Source: an uncultured Planctomycetales bacterium (lineage in GTDB: Bacteria; Omnitrophota; Gorgyraeia; Gygaellales; Profunditerraquicolaceae). Taken from it: a DNA stretch of 64,000 nucleotides. The translations under genes and the position numbers were made by a program. This document shows positions 29,428-38,548 of this stretch, piece after piece. Position 1 is the first letter of the stretch. Each line of letters opens with the position of its first letter. The notes under the pieces were generated by a model that saw only the letters and a list, made by a program, of their open reading frames with translations, was not told the origin of the DNA and did no database searches. The stretch lies in assembly GCA_964579435.1 (NCBI GenBank), contig CAZOGI010000010.1, forward strand, positions 23,583 through 87,582, given 5' to 3'.

Positions 29428-31233
29428 ATGACTCTGCCGATCGCACCCATACTCAGCTACCTGCCGGTATTCCTGCTGGCCTTCGCCCTGAGTTTTTTCG
29501 CCACCCCGATCGTGCGGCGCATCGCTCTGCACCAGGGCCTCATCGCCTACCCGCGCTCCGACCGCTGGCACAAGCAACCGACCGCCCTCATGGGAGGCAC
29601 CAGCATCTTCCTGGCAACGCTGGGGACGATCCTTTTTTTCCGGCTCTTTTCGCCCCCGATGACCGGGCTGCTCCTGGGAGGGACATTCCTCTTCCTCGCC
29701 GGCCTTGCCGATGATAAAATCCACCTGACGCCCTATACCAAGCTTTTCTTCCAGATCGCCGCCGGGTGCATCGCGGTCCTCTTCGGGACGACCCTGCCGC
29801 TCCCGCTGCACTCGATGCTCACCGTGCCGCTGACCCTGCTGTGGATCGTCGGGGTGACGAATTCTTTCAACCTCCTCGACAATATCGACGGCCTCGCGGC
29901 GGGGATCGCGACCATCTCCTCGCTCATGCTCTTCTTCACTTCACTGGTGCTCTCGCAGAACCCCTTCAGCATATTCGCGCTGATCCTGGCTGCTGCCGCG
30001 CTGGGATTCCTGCCCTATAATTTCAATCCCGCCCGGATCTTCATGGGAGACTCCGGCAGCATGTTCCTGGGATTCTCCCTGGCGGTCATCTCGATCTCGG
30101 GGAGCGGACGGCACCTCTCGAGCCTGTCCCTGACCATGCTCATCCCGGTCCTCATCCTTTCGGTGCCGATCTTCGATACTCTTTTCGTGATGATCGTGCG
30201 CACGCTCAACGGCCGCCGGATATTCGACGGCGGCAAAGACCATACCTCGCACCGTCTGGTCACCCTGGGGCTCTCCCAGCGCAAAACCGTCCTTCTGCTC
30301 TACGCCGTCAGCGTCGCCTTCGGCCTGATCGCAATACTCTATACCGCCCGCTTCAACCTCTTCGTCATCTCGGCGGTCGCCTTTCTTTCGGCGACGGTCC
30401 TGCTGTTCTTCGGCATCTTCCTCTTCGACGTAACCTCTTTCCCCGACGAAAAATCGGTCCGCCGCAAACAGCGGATGATGGCCGATGCCACGATCCTCAA
30501 CAACATCCTCATGCACAAACGCCGCTTCGTCGAGGTGCTCCTGGACCTGTCCTTTATCTTTATCGCCTACTACGCGTCGTATTTCCTGCGCTTTGAGGGC
30601 GTGGCCCTGCGGACCAACCTCGTGCTGATGCGGGAATCGCTCCTCTGGGTCATCCTCATCAAACTCTCGGTTTTCTTCATCTTCGGCATGTACCGGGGGA
30701 TGTGGCGTTATATCAGCGTCTCCGACCTGCTGACGATCTTCAAGGTCGTTTCCATCGGCTCGGTCTCCTCGATTATCTTCGTGACTTTCCTCTACCGCTT
30801 CCAGGATTATTCGCGCAAGGTCTTCTTCATCGACTGGATACTGCTGCTCTTTTTGACCTTGGGCTCGCGCATCATCATCCGGGTCATGGGCGAATTCTTC
30901 AGCGGATCGAAAAAAGGCAACACCAAGGTACTGATCTTCGGGGCAGGGGACACCGGCGAGATGCTCGTGCGCGAGATAAAACGAAACGCCGCGCTCTGCT
31001 ACAGCCCCGTCGGTTTCATCGATGACGACCCCACCAAGATCGGCACCAAGATACAGGGGGTCGCGGTTTTGGGCAACCGCGAACGCCTCGACCAGATCGT
31101 CCGGGAACGGGGGATACAGCTGCTCCTGGTCGCGGCCCCGGACATCGGCACCGAAGAATTCCAGGAACTGAGCGCCTACTGCAAGGAAAAAGGTATCGCG
31201 CTCAAGAAGATCAAGGGGCTTCTCGACGACTAA
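29428..31233 (+). CDS. Polyprenyl-phosphate hexose/HexNAc-1-phosphate transferase (WecA/MraY-like) fused to a C-terminal CoA-binding/Rossmann domain
   Basis: N-terminal 350 aa has 10-11 TM segments with MraY/WecA-type motifs (DDKIHL, NSFNLLDNIDGL, MGDSGSMFLG). C-terminal KVLIFGAGDTGEMLVREI Rossmann motif, as in the N-terminal halves of WbaP/PglF-type proteins. Confidence 0.7.
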   Translation: MTLPIAPILSYLPVFLLAFALSFFATPIVRRIALHQGLIAYPRSDRWHKQPTALMGGTSIFLATLGTILFFRLFSPPMTGLLLGGTFLFLAGLADDKIHLTPYTKLFFQIAAGCIAVLFGTTLPLPLHSMLTVPLTLLWIVGVTNSFNLLDNIDGLAAGIATISSLMLFFTSLVLSQNPFSIFALILAAAALGFLPYNFNPARIFMGDSGSMFLGFSLAVISISGSGRHLSSLSLTMLIPVLILSVPIFDTLFVMIVRTLNGRRIFDGGKDHTSHRLVTLGLSQRKTVLLLYAVSVAFGLIAILYTARFNLFVISAVAFLSATVLLFFGIFLFDVTSFPDEKSVRRKQRMMADATILNNILMHKRRFVEVLLDLSFIFIAYYASYFLRFEGVALRTNLVLMRESLLWVILIKLSVFFIFGMYRGMWRYISVSDLLTIFKVVSIGSVSSIIFVTFLYRFQDYSRKVFFIDWILLLFLTLGSRIIIRVMGEFFSGSKKGNTKVLIFGAGDTGEMLVREIKRNAALCYSPVGFIDDDPTKIGTKIQGVAVLGNRERLDQIVRERGIQLLLVAAPDIGTEEFQELSAYCKEKGIALKKIKGLLDD

Positions 31234-32466
31234 ATGACCGCGCCTTCGGCTCTGCTGACGCTCATCCAGGCACTCCTCTTCGGCGGCTGCCTGTGCTTTT
31301 TGCTCTTCGCCCCGTTCTCCAACGTCCTGGTCAAGGTCTGCTTCGGCGTCGGATCCTTTCTCTGGCTCGTCTATAACGTCCTCGATCGCAAAAAAAAGTT
31401 CCTCCGGGGCGTCCTGCCCGCACACCCGGTCAACCGCGCCCTTGCGTTCTTCGCCCTTGCCGGGCTGGCGTCGGTCCTCCTGGGCCATAACCCCTACCAG
31501 AGCCAGGGCGTATTTTTCGACAAATACCTGACCTATTTCTTCCTCTACGCTATCGGCATGGGACTCGCCGCGCGCATCGCTTCGGCGCCGCGCTGCCTCT
31601 CCTGGATACTGGTAACCGTCGCCCTGCTTTTCGGGATAGGGGGGGTGCACGATCTTATTCTCTACCACCGCATCAATGCGGCGCTCGCCGAACGGTTGTG
31701 GTCTGTCTTCAGGCACCAGATTAAATTCTACGCCTTCCCGCTGTATGTGACCTTCTATCTGCCGTTGTGCTTTTACCTTTTCATCGGATCCCGCAAACGG
31801 TTCCTGCGCGCCTCGGCGGCATGCGCCACGGCGCTCTTGTCCGTCTGCCTCTTCGCCAATGCCTCGCGCATCGCCTTCGGCGCCGTCCTCTCCAGCATCC
31901 TGCTGATCGCCTTTCTGCGCAGCCGCCGCAGCGCCCTCACCGTTTCGGCATTCTGCCTCCTGGCCGTCGGCGCGGTCCTGCTCATCCCGCAGGCGCGCGT
32001 GCGCATGAAGACCATCCCCAAGCCGGCTGAATGGTCCAACCGCCTGCCCCTGTACCGCTCGGCCTGGATGATCTACCGCGACAATCCGCTCTTCGGCGTC
32101 GGGGTCGGCAACTTTGAGCGGAGCCTGCATATCCCCAAATACGAACTCCCCGCCGATTATCCGGTCCCCCGCGAGCTTAACCTCCATGCCCACAACACCT
32201 ACCTTGAGCTGGCTGCCGAGATGGGGACGATCGGCCTTGCCGCGTTCCTGGGCGTATTTGCGGCATTCTTCATCGCCCTGCGGCGCAGGCTTACGCACAC
32301 TCCTGCCCCGCAGGACACCGCGCTTCTCTGCGGCATGGCGGCATCGATACTGGCGGTTTTGATTTTCGGCGTCGGCGCCTCGATCATTACCGTCGGCCTT
32401 ACCGTCTCCAGTTATTTCTGGCTTTTCTTCGGCCTGGCTTCCGGATTGCTGATCTCTAAACAATAA
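31234..32466 (+). CDS. O-antigen ligase / Wzy-type polymerase family membrane protein
   Basis: Polytopic protein. HAHNTYLELAAEMGTIGLAAFLGVF matches the Wzy_C / O-antigen ligase motif. Confidence 0.7.
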   Translation: MTAPSALLTLIQALLFGGCLCFLLFAPFSNVLVKVCFGVGSFLWLVYNVLDRKKKFLRGVLPAHPVNRALAFFALAGLASVLLGHNPYQSQGVFFDKYLTYFFLYAIGMGLAARIASAPRCLSWILVTVALLFGIGGVHDLILYHRINAALAERLWSVFRHQIKFYAFPLYVTFYLPLCFYLFIGSRKRFLRASAACATALLSVCLFANASRIAFGAVLSSILLIAFLRSRRSALTVSAFCLLAVGAVLLIPQARVRMKTIPKPAEWSNRLPLYRSAWMIYRDNPLFGVGVGNFERSLHIPKYELPADYPVPRELNLHAHNTYLELAAEMGTIGLAAFLGVFAAFFIALRRRLTHTPAPQDTALLCGMAASILAVLIFGVGASIITVGLTVSSYFWLFFGLASGLLISKQ

Positions 32467-32482
32467 CCGCTCCTTTTCCCGC

Positions 32483-34717
32483 ATGAACCGGTTTGCCGCA
32501 GGCATTACCTTCAGCGCCGCCGCAGGCATCATTGCCCAAGCGCTCCTTTTCCGGGAACTCTCGGTTGCCGTCTATACAAACGAGCTGCTCCTGGGGGCGC
32601 TTTTGTGCCAGTGGCTCATCATTGCCGCCCTGGGCGCAGCCGGTGCGATTTTCTTTCTGCGCCGCGCTACCCCTGCAAATTGGTTTTTTCTTTTCCTTGA
32701 GATCGCCTTCGCCCTTACCCTGGCTGCCGCCGTTACCTTCATTCGCTCCTTCAGGATTGTCTTTGCGATCGCTCCGGGAAAAGAACCGGGCCTCGGCATC
32801 GCGCTCCTCGTCTGCGGCATGAGCTGTCTGATCCCGGCCCTTATTCACGGAGCGCTGTTCCCTCTCTGGGCGCGCGTGCTGCCCGGGGAAAAAACAGTCG
32901 CACGGGCGTACGGCTGGGAAGCCCTCGGAGCGGCAGGCGGGGGAGTACTCTGCAGCTTCTGGCTCTTCCCGCACTTTTTTACGTACACAATACTCTTTGC
33001 GCTTTTTTCGGGTTGTCTGTGCATCGGCATAAGCATGCTGCGCAGGCCGGCGAAAACACGTCTGGCTTGGTGCGCCTTGGTTCTCGGAACCGCCCTGATC
33101 GTACGGCACCCGCTCGGCGCAGCCCTGGACCGGATCGAAAAAACAACCGCAGCCCGGCAGTGGGCGCATGCCGGCAGGCTCCTGGATTCCCGGCATTCGC
33201 GTTACGGACACCTCGCCCTTATTGCACGCAACGGACAACATACATATTATTACAACGGGACGCCGTTGCTGAGTTTGCCCGGATCGGACATCGACTTCGA
33301 AGAAACCGTCTCCCATCTGGCGCTTCTGGCGCATCCGTCTCCGGCGCAGGTACTGCTCCTGGGCCAAGGAAGCATCCGGCTCATCCCGCAGATACTCAAA
33401 CACCCCGTCGAAAAACTCGACTACGCCGAGCTTGACGACACACTCTTCTTTCTCATGGAACACAACGACCCGCAGAGCTCCCGCGCCTCCCTCAGCGACC
33501 CGCGCGTCAACCTGCGCTACCGCGACGGCCGCGCCTTCCTGACGGAGACGAACGCACTCTATGACGTCATCCTTATCATGCCTTCGAGTCCCCGCAGCCT
33601 TTTTACCAACCGCTTTTTGACGCGCGAATTTTACCTTCTGGCGCGCCAACACCTGAAACCGGGCGGCATCGTTGCCGCCTGGCAGGACGGATCAGACCAT
33701 TACCTGAGCCCGCAGAGAAATCGTATCCTCTCCAGCGTCTATGCCGCTTTCTCTTCTGCGTATCCCCGAACCCTGCTGCTGCCCGGGACGACCACCGTTC
33801 TTATCGGAACCGAAGACGAAGCCGCGTTTACAAAGACAGGGGATTGGGCCGAAGAACGCTACAGTGAACGCGGGCTGAAGCTATCGACGACGAACGAAAT
33901 GCACCTGCGCGATCGTTTCGCGCTGGGCCTGCCGCCTGCGAACTGGATGCTGCGGGAACTCCTCCCGCAAACACCCCGCAACAGCGACCGCCGTCCTTTT
34001 GGCGTCTTTGCCGGGATGGCCTTCTGGCAGAAACAGAATAGCCCCTCAACGGCATGGATTCTGGAGTCTGTCTCAGGCATCAGGACAAAACACTTGCTTT
34101 TCTTTTTACTGTCGGCAATGGCGTTTTGGGGAACAGCGCTTCGGCGCAGAAGAGACCCGGTCTCCCGCATTACAGAAATCGCGGTCTTTTCAACCGGATT
34201 CTGGGGGATGTGCTCTTCGATGCTGATCCTGTGTTCCTATCAAACAGTTCAGGGATACATCTTCGAGCGCTACGGGCTGATCGCGGGACTGTACATGGCA
34301 GGCCTGGGCATCTCAAGCTTCTGGGCGGCGAGAAGCGGAAGAAGAACAACGCGGCAGTTTCTCCTGCGCACCGAGATCGGCATGGTGCTGGCCTCATTCG
34401 GGCTCCTCCTGCTGCCGTCGATACGGGTACCCCATGCAACTGCGGTTTTTTGCCTGGCCTCTTTTGCGGCGGGCCTTCTCTGCGGGGCGGATTTCGCTTT
34501 TTCCAGCATCCTTGCATCAAATGATTCCGGCAAAGAAAACGCCCGGTTATACGTCGCGGATTTGGCCGGAGGATGCCTGGCGGCTTTGAGCGCGGGGGTC
34601 GTCCTGCTGCCGGTCATCGGGATGGCCTCGACGGCAGCGCTTTTGGCTGCGCTCAAAGCCTGCAGCGCCGCCTTCGCCTGGCGTTTAGGGCGCTTCCTGC
34701 CGCTGCCTTCCGATTAA
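32483..34717 (+). CDS. Fused polytopic membrane domain / spermidine-synthase-like (aminopropyltransferase fold) protein
   Basis: Central region VLLLGQGSIRLIPQILKH...DYAELDDTLFF...DPRVNLRYRDGRAFL...YDVILI resembles the spermidine synthase Rossmann domain. It is flanked by two multi-TM blocks. Confidence 0.5.
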   Translation: MNRFAAGITFSAAAGIIAQALLFRELSVAVYTNELLLGALLCQWLIIAALGAAGAIFFLRRATPANWFFLFLEIAFALTLAAAVTFIRSFRIVFAIAPGKEPGLGIALLVCGMSCLIPALIHGALFPLWARVLPGEKTVARAYGWEALGAAGGGVLCSFWLFPHFFTYTILFALFSGCLCIGISMLRRPAKTRLAWCALVLGTALIVRHPLGAALDRIEKTTAARQWAHAGRLLDSRHSRYGHLALIARNGQHTYYYNGTPLLSLPGSDIDFEETVSHLALLAHPSPAQVLLLGQGSIRLIPQILKHPVEKLDYAELDDTLFFLMEHNDPQSSRASLSDPRVNLRYRDGRAFLTETNALYDVILIMPSSPRSLFTNRFLTREFYLLARQHLKPGGIVAAWQDGSDHYLSPQRNRILSSVYAAFSSAYPRTLLLPGTTTVLIGTEDEAAFTKTGDWAEERYSERGLKLSTTNEMHLRDRFALGLPPANWMLRELLPQTPRNSDRRPFGVFAGMAFWQKQNSPSTAWILESVSGIRTKHLLFFLLSAMAFWGTALRRRRDPVSRITEIAVFSTGFWGMCSSMLILCSYQTVQGYIFERYGLIAGLYMAGLGISSFWAARSGRRTTRQFLLRTEIGMVLASFGLLLLPSIRVPHATAVFCLASFAAGLLCGADFAFSSILASNDSGKENARLYVADLAGGCLAALSAGVVLLPVIGMASTAALLAALKACSAAFAWRLGRFLPLPSD

Positions 34718-37456
34718 CGCAGAGAGCTCCGGGGCAAGGGGAGAACGCATCTGCCGCAATCTCTGCAGCTGCTCCTGCGCCGAAGCGAAATCCTTACGTT
34801 CCAAAAAAAGCCTCCCGAGGTGAAAAACTGCCAGGGGAGAGGGGCTGGGCAGCGACAAAGCCCGGACGAACGCCTCCTGAGCCTCATCGAGCCTGCCGCG
34901 TGCCATTTCAATGACACCGACGCTCACCCATGCCTCGCAGGATTTGGGGTCTCGCGCAAGGAAATCCTGAAGCACAGCCAGGGCATCATCGAAACGCCGC
35001 TGCGTTGCCAACAGAGCGCTCAGGTTCAACGCTGCCCGCCGGTGTCCCGGCTCAAGCCGGAGGGTTAAGCGGTATTCATCGATCGCCGGCGCCGTGATCT
35101 TCTGGCTTTCGTACGTGACTGCAAGATTGTAATGCGCCCGGGCGTTGGAAGGATCCAGGTCCAGCGCGCGCTTCAGGGCATTCGCCGCTTTGACGGGATC
35201 GCGCCGTTTTCCGCTCAAGATCCCCATCCGCAGGAATGCCTCGGCTGAACCCGGGTCGATCTCGGCCGCCGCCTGGTACAGGCGCAACGCTTTCTCCTGC
35301 ATCCCCAGCTCCTCCAAAACGCCGCCGAAGGCAAGATACGGTCCCGCACCCGGGGTTTGGCGCCGCGCCTTTTCAAAAGCCTGCTCCTGCGCCGTAAACG
35401 TCGCCTGTTCCTCCCGCAAGCCGATTAGTTGCCGCAGAAGGCGTTTGTCCTGAGGCCGGCGGGAAGCCTCTGACTGCAGAAGCTCCAGCGCCTGCGCGAA
35501 GAGTCCTTCCTGGCGGTAAAGCTTCAGGAGCAAGCGCAGGGCCGGGACAAAATCAGGCGAACGCTGCACGCACTCCCGGGCATACCGGATTGCTTGCGGG
35601 GAATCATTCTTCTGCTCAAAAAGCTGAGCCAGAGTGTAGAGCGCCAGGTAATCCCCGGGGTTCAAAGAGAGAGCGGTGCGCAGCGATTCTTCGGCGCGTT
35701 CCATCATACCCTTGCGCAGATACAACGCTCCCAGATCGGAGTAAACCCGGGATTCCTGCGGTTCTCGGGAAATAAGCTTCAGATACGTATCGATCGCTCC
35801 GGTAATATTGCCTGCCGCCACATAAGATTCGGCAAGGTTAAAATACGCCTCTTGGTATCGCGGTTCGACGGAAATCGCGGTCCGGAATGAGGCGATTGCC
35901 CGCTCATACCGCTCGCGCGAACGGTACAGTACGCCCAGGTTATTATGCACCTCCGGCAGCCGGGGATTGACCGCAAGGGCCTGGCGCAGGAACGCCTCGC
36001 CTTTATCCGTTTCGCCCCGCTCAAAATAGAGCACGCCCAGATTGGCGATTCCCCTGACATACGAAGGGTCAAGGCGGAATGATTCGCGAAACGCCCGCTC
36101 GGCGCGCTGGAAATCATGCGCATTCTTGTAGGCCATCCCCAGGTTGAGCTGCGCGCGCGGCTTGCGGGGAGATTTGGAGACCACATCCTCCCACAGTCCG
36201 GTATCGGTAAGCCAGACATTTCCGTAACGCAGCGTCCCCGCGCCGAAGGCGAAAACAACCAGAGCCAGAAACAAAACCCATGCACGCGTTGCCGCCTGAG
36301 CGCCGAGTTCGGCCCGCTGCTGCGGCATGATGCGCCCGAAAAAACGGTACAGGGCCAGCACCCCCAGCACGATCCAGCCCACGGAGGGCAGATACAGCCG
36401 GTGCAGGAAGACCGTATCTTTAAGCGGCACAAAACTGGAATCGGGAGCGCTGATCAGAAAATAGAACAGCGCCCAGAAAACCAGGGACGGATGCGACCGG
36501 AAGCGGCGTCGCAGCCACACCAGAAGCGAAAACAGCGCCGCGCAGGCCACAAAGGTCAGCGGCTCGAATATCGACGCCGCATAACGCCAGTCATAATCGA
36601 GGTTGAGCCCAACGGGAAAAATAAGGATAAAAAGGTAATACCAGAAAACCGAACACTGCGTCAGCAAATACGTCCAGGCGCTCACAAACGGTATGCCAAA
36701 ACCTGCAGCCGCTTGTTCCCCGTACGCGCCGCTGCGGTAACCTCCCCCGATCAGATATGCGCCGAAGAGCAGGGTCGCCGCAAGGCACAGGTAGAACCAG
36801 CGTCTCCTTGAAAGTGCGCGCAACGAGCGCCCGGAAATAAAACAGTAATCGAAGAGCGCAATTACCAGGGGGGCGGTATTTCCGGTCTCCTTGGAGCCGA
36901 TCGCGCACAAAACCGCAACGACGGTTGCCGAAAGCAGCGGCACGCGGAAACGCCGAAACCGTTCGGCGAGGATGAATAAAACCAGAGACGCCAGATAAAA
37001 GAACGAACACAACAGGACTGACCGGCTCGAGACATAGACGACTGACTCCACGCGCACCGGATGGACCACGAAAATAAGCGCGCTCAGGAACGCGGCACGA
37101 ATCCCCGGCGCACGCCATCTCTCGGGCACCGACGGGAGCGAAAACGTCAGGGAGAGGAAAACGAAGAGCAAAACCCCGTTGAGCGCATGCAGCAGCGTAT
37201 TGAAGAGATGGTATCCGAAAGGCTCGAGCCCGCCGAGGCGATAATTGATCGCGAAACTCAATTGGTACAGCGGACGCTCGCTGAAACGCAGGAAGGGATT
37301 GCTCAGGTTCCGGATAAACCGGTTCTCGGTAACCGTCCCCTGGTCGTCGAACTGAAAAGGGCTGCTCAGCGTGTGGGCATACAGCAGGAAGGCGCTTGCC
37401 ACCAGCAGCACCGCCAGGAATACGACCGGAACGGTTTGTTTCGAGCTCATAGTCAT
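34685..37456 (-). CDS. TMTC-like protein: N-terminal DUF1736/GT-C-like membrane domain plus long C-terminal TPR array
   Basis: The N-terminus (FQFDDQGTVTEN...PLYQLSFAINY...GYHLFNTLLHAL) matches the DUF1736/PMT_2-type motif. About 16 TPR repeats (AxxxY/F, LGxxY patterns) follow. Start set at ATG 37456 (MTMSSKQ). Confidence 0.7.
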   Translation of the reverse strand: MTMSSKQTVPVVFLAVLLVASAFLLYAHTLSSPFQFDDQGTVTENRFIRNLSNPFLRFSERPLYQLSFAINYRLGGLEPFGYHLFNTLLHALNGVLLFVFLSLTFSLPSVPERWRAPGIRAAFLSALIFVVHPVRVESVVYVSSRSVLLCSFFYLASLVLFILAERFRRFRVPLLSATVVAVLCAIGSKETGNTAPLVIALFDYCFISGRSLRALSRRRWFYLCLAATLLFGAYLIGGGYRSGAYGEQAAAGFGIPFVSAWTYLLTQCSVFWYYLFILIFPVGLNLDYDWRYAASIFEPLTFVACAALFSLLVWLRRRFRSHPSLVFWALFYFLISAPDSSFVPLKDTVFLHRLYLPSVGWIVLGVLALYRFFGRIMPQQRAELGAQAATRAWVLFLALVVFAFGAGTLRYGNVWLTDTGLWEDVVSKSPRKPRAQLNLGMAYKNAHDFQRAERAFRESFRLDPSYVRGIANLGVLYFERGETDKGEAFLRQALAVNPRLPEVHNNLGVLYRSRERYERAIASFRTAISVEPRYQEAYFNLAESYVAAGNITGAIDTYLKLISREPQESRVYSDLGALYLRKGMMERAEESLRTALSLNPGDYLALYTLAQLFEQKNDSPQAIRYARECVQRSPDFVPALRLLLKLYRQEGLFAQALELLQSEASRRPQDKRLLRQLIGLREEQATFTAQEQAFEKARRQTPGAGPYLAFGGVLEELGMQEKALRLYQAAAEIDPGSAEAFLRMGILSGKRRDPVKAANALKRALDLDPSNARAHYNLAVTYESQKITAPAIDEYRLTLRLEPGHRRAALNLSALLATQRRFDDALAVLQDFLARDPKSCEAWVSVGVIEMARGRLDEAQEAFVRALSLPSPSPLAVFHLGRLFLERKDFASAQEQLQRLRQMRSPLAPELSALIGRQRQEAP

Positions 37457-37475
37457 CGGGCCGTTTTGCGGCCGT

Positions 37476-37814
37476 TCATGTCTTCTGGCCCTCTGCCTCC
37501 AGCAGCACGAGTCTTTGGGTAAGCAGTTTGATCTTCTGTTCGAGACAGGAGATAGCGATCGAAAAATGGAGCAGCATCGCCGTGATGACGAAAAACGCTG
37601 CAAGAAAGAGCAGGGAGGGAGGGTAGTAGACGCCGACGAGCGCCGAGACCCGCTCCAGCAACGCGCGCCAAAGGCACAGGGAGAGGAGCATCCCGCAGCC
37701 CAGAAGCCACAGCAGGGCATACTTCTCCTTAAGACGCCCCGTGCGGATGCTGTAGAAGACAAAACCGACCAGCGCCAGGATCCCGCATACCGCAAACACT
37801 TGTATCCGGCTCAT
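37476..37814 (-). CDS. Small DUF2304-like membrane protein (GT2-partner)
   Basis: 112 aa, 3-4 TM helices. Immediately downstream of a DPM1-like GT2 with a 4-nt overlap, the usual GT2/DUF2304 pairing. Confidence 0.5.
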   Translation of the reverse strand: MSRIQVFAVCGILALVGFVFYSIRTGRLKEKYALLWLLGCGMLLSLCLWRALLERVSALVGVYYPPSLLFLAAFFVITAMLLHFSIAISCLEQKIKLLTQRLVLLEAEGQKT

Positions 37815-38548
37815 TCCTCGCCTCCCGGGTTATCCGTTTTTCCTGCCGACACCAGCAACAGCGCCAAAGAGACTTTGGCCATGTAATACAACGCCCGCAA
37901 AGGGGTAATGCTCGAGCGGCCGCCGCAACGTCCCCGCATCGCCACCGGCACCTCAAGCACCCGGAAACCGCTCTTGAGCGCCAAAACCGTCGATTCCGGC
38001 TCCGGATAATCATCCGCATACTCCCGGGAAAAAAGCTCGACCACCTCACGCCTCATGAGACGCATACCCGAAGTCGGATCGGTTATCCAAACTCCGGTCC
38101 GCAGCCAGATCAGGCAGGACAGGAACCGGATACCGATCCTGCGCAGGAACGTGGAAGGATAGCCGCCTGCGGCACGGAAACGCGAGGCAATGACCATATC
38201 CGCACCCGCCTGCGAAGCGCGGCGGCACAGCAGCGCCGCCATCGCCGGGAGCGCCGCGGCGGGATGCTGTCCGTCGCCGTCAACCTGAACGAGGGCGTCA
38301 AATCCTTGGCGCAGGCAATAACGGAAACCCGTCTGCATGATCGCGCCGATCCCCATGTTGAAAGGCATCCGTAACACCGTAGCCCCGGCGGCACGGGCGG
38401 ACTCATCCGTCGCGTCCCCAGAAGCATCGTCGATCACCAGGACCTCGGCAGCCACGCCCGAACCCTTGACCTCGGCGATGACACCCCGAATGCTCTCTTC
38501 CTCGTTGTATGCGGGGACCACCGCCAGAACCCGCAATTGCTCACTCAT
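37811..38548 (-). CDS. Glycosyltransferase family 2 (polyprenyl-phosphate sugar synthase, DPM1/GtrB-like)
   Basis: LAVVPAYNEEESI...VLVIDDASGDAT...QVDGDGQHP motifs. Confidence 0.75.
   Translation of the reverse strand: MSEQLRVLAVVPAYNEEESIRGVIAEVKGSGVAAEVLVIDDASGDATDESARAAGATVLRMPFNMGIGAIMQTGFRYCLRQGFDALVQVDGDGQHPAAALPAMAALLCRRASQAGADMVIASRFRAAGGYPSTFLRRIGIRFLSCLIWLRTGVWITDPTSGMRLMRREVVELFSREYADDYPEPESTVLALKSGFRVLEVPVAMRGRCGGRSSITPLRALYYMAKVSLALLLVSAGKTDNPGGEE

Noticed and set aside
29941-32532. 863-aa ORF on the minus strand opposite the WecA-like and Wzy-like genes
   Set aside because: Its composition is highly biased (Asp/Glu/Arg/Gly-rich, low complexity), typical of antisense frames in high-GC DNA. 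The + strand frames carry clear family motifs.
37456-37795. Longer N-terminal extension of the DUF1736/TPR gene (ORF opens at 37795)
   Set aside because: The extension overlaps the DUF2304 gene in another frame and is Cys/Ser/Arg-rich. The conserved domain begins right after the MTMSSKQ start at 37456.
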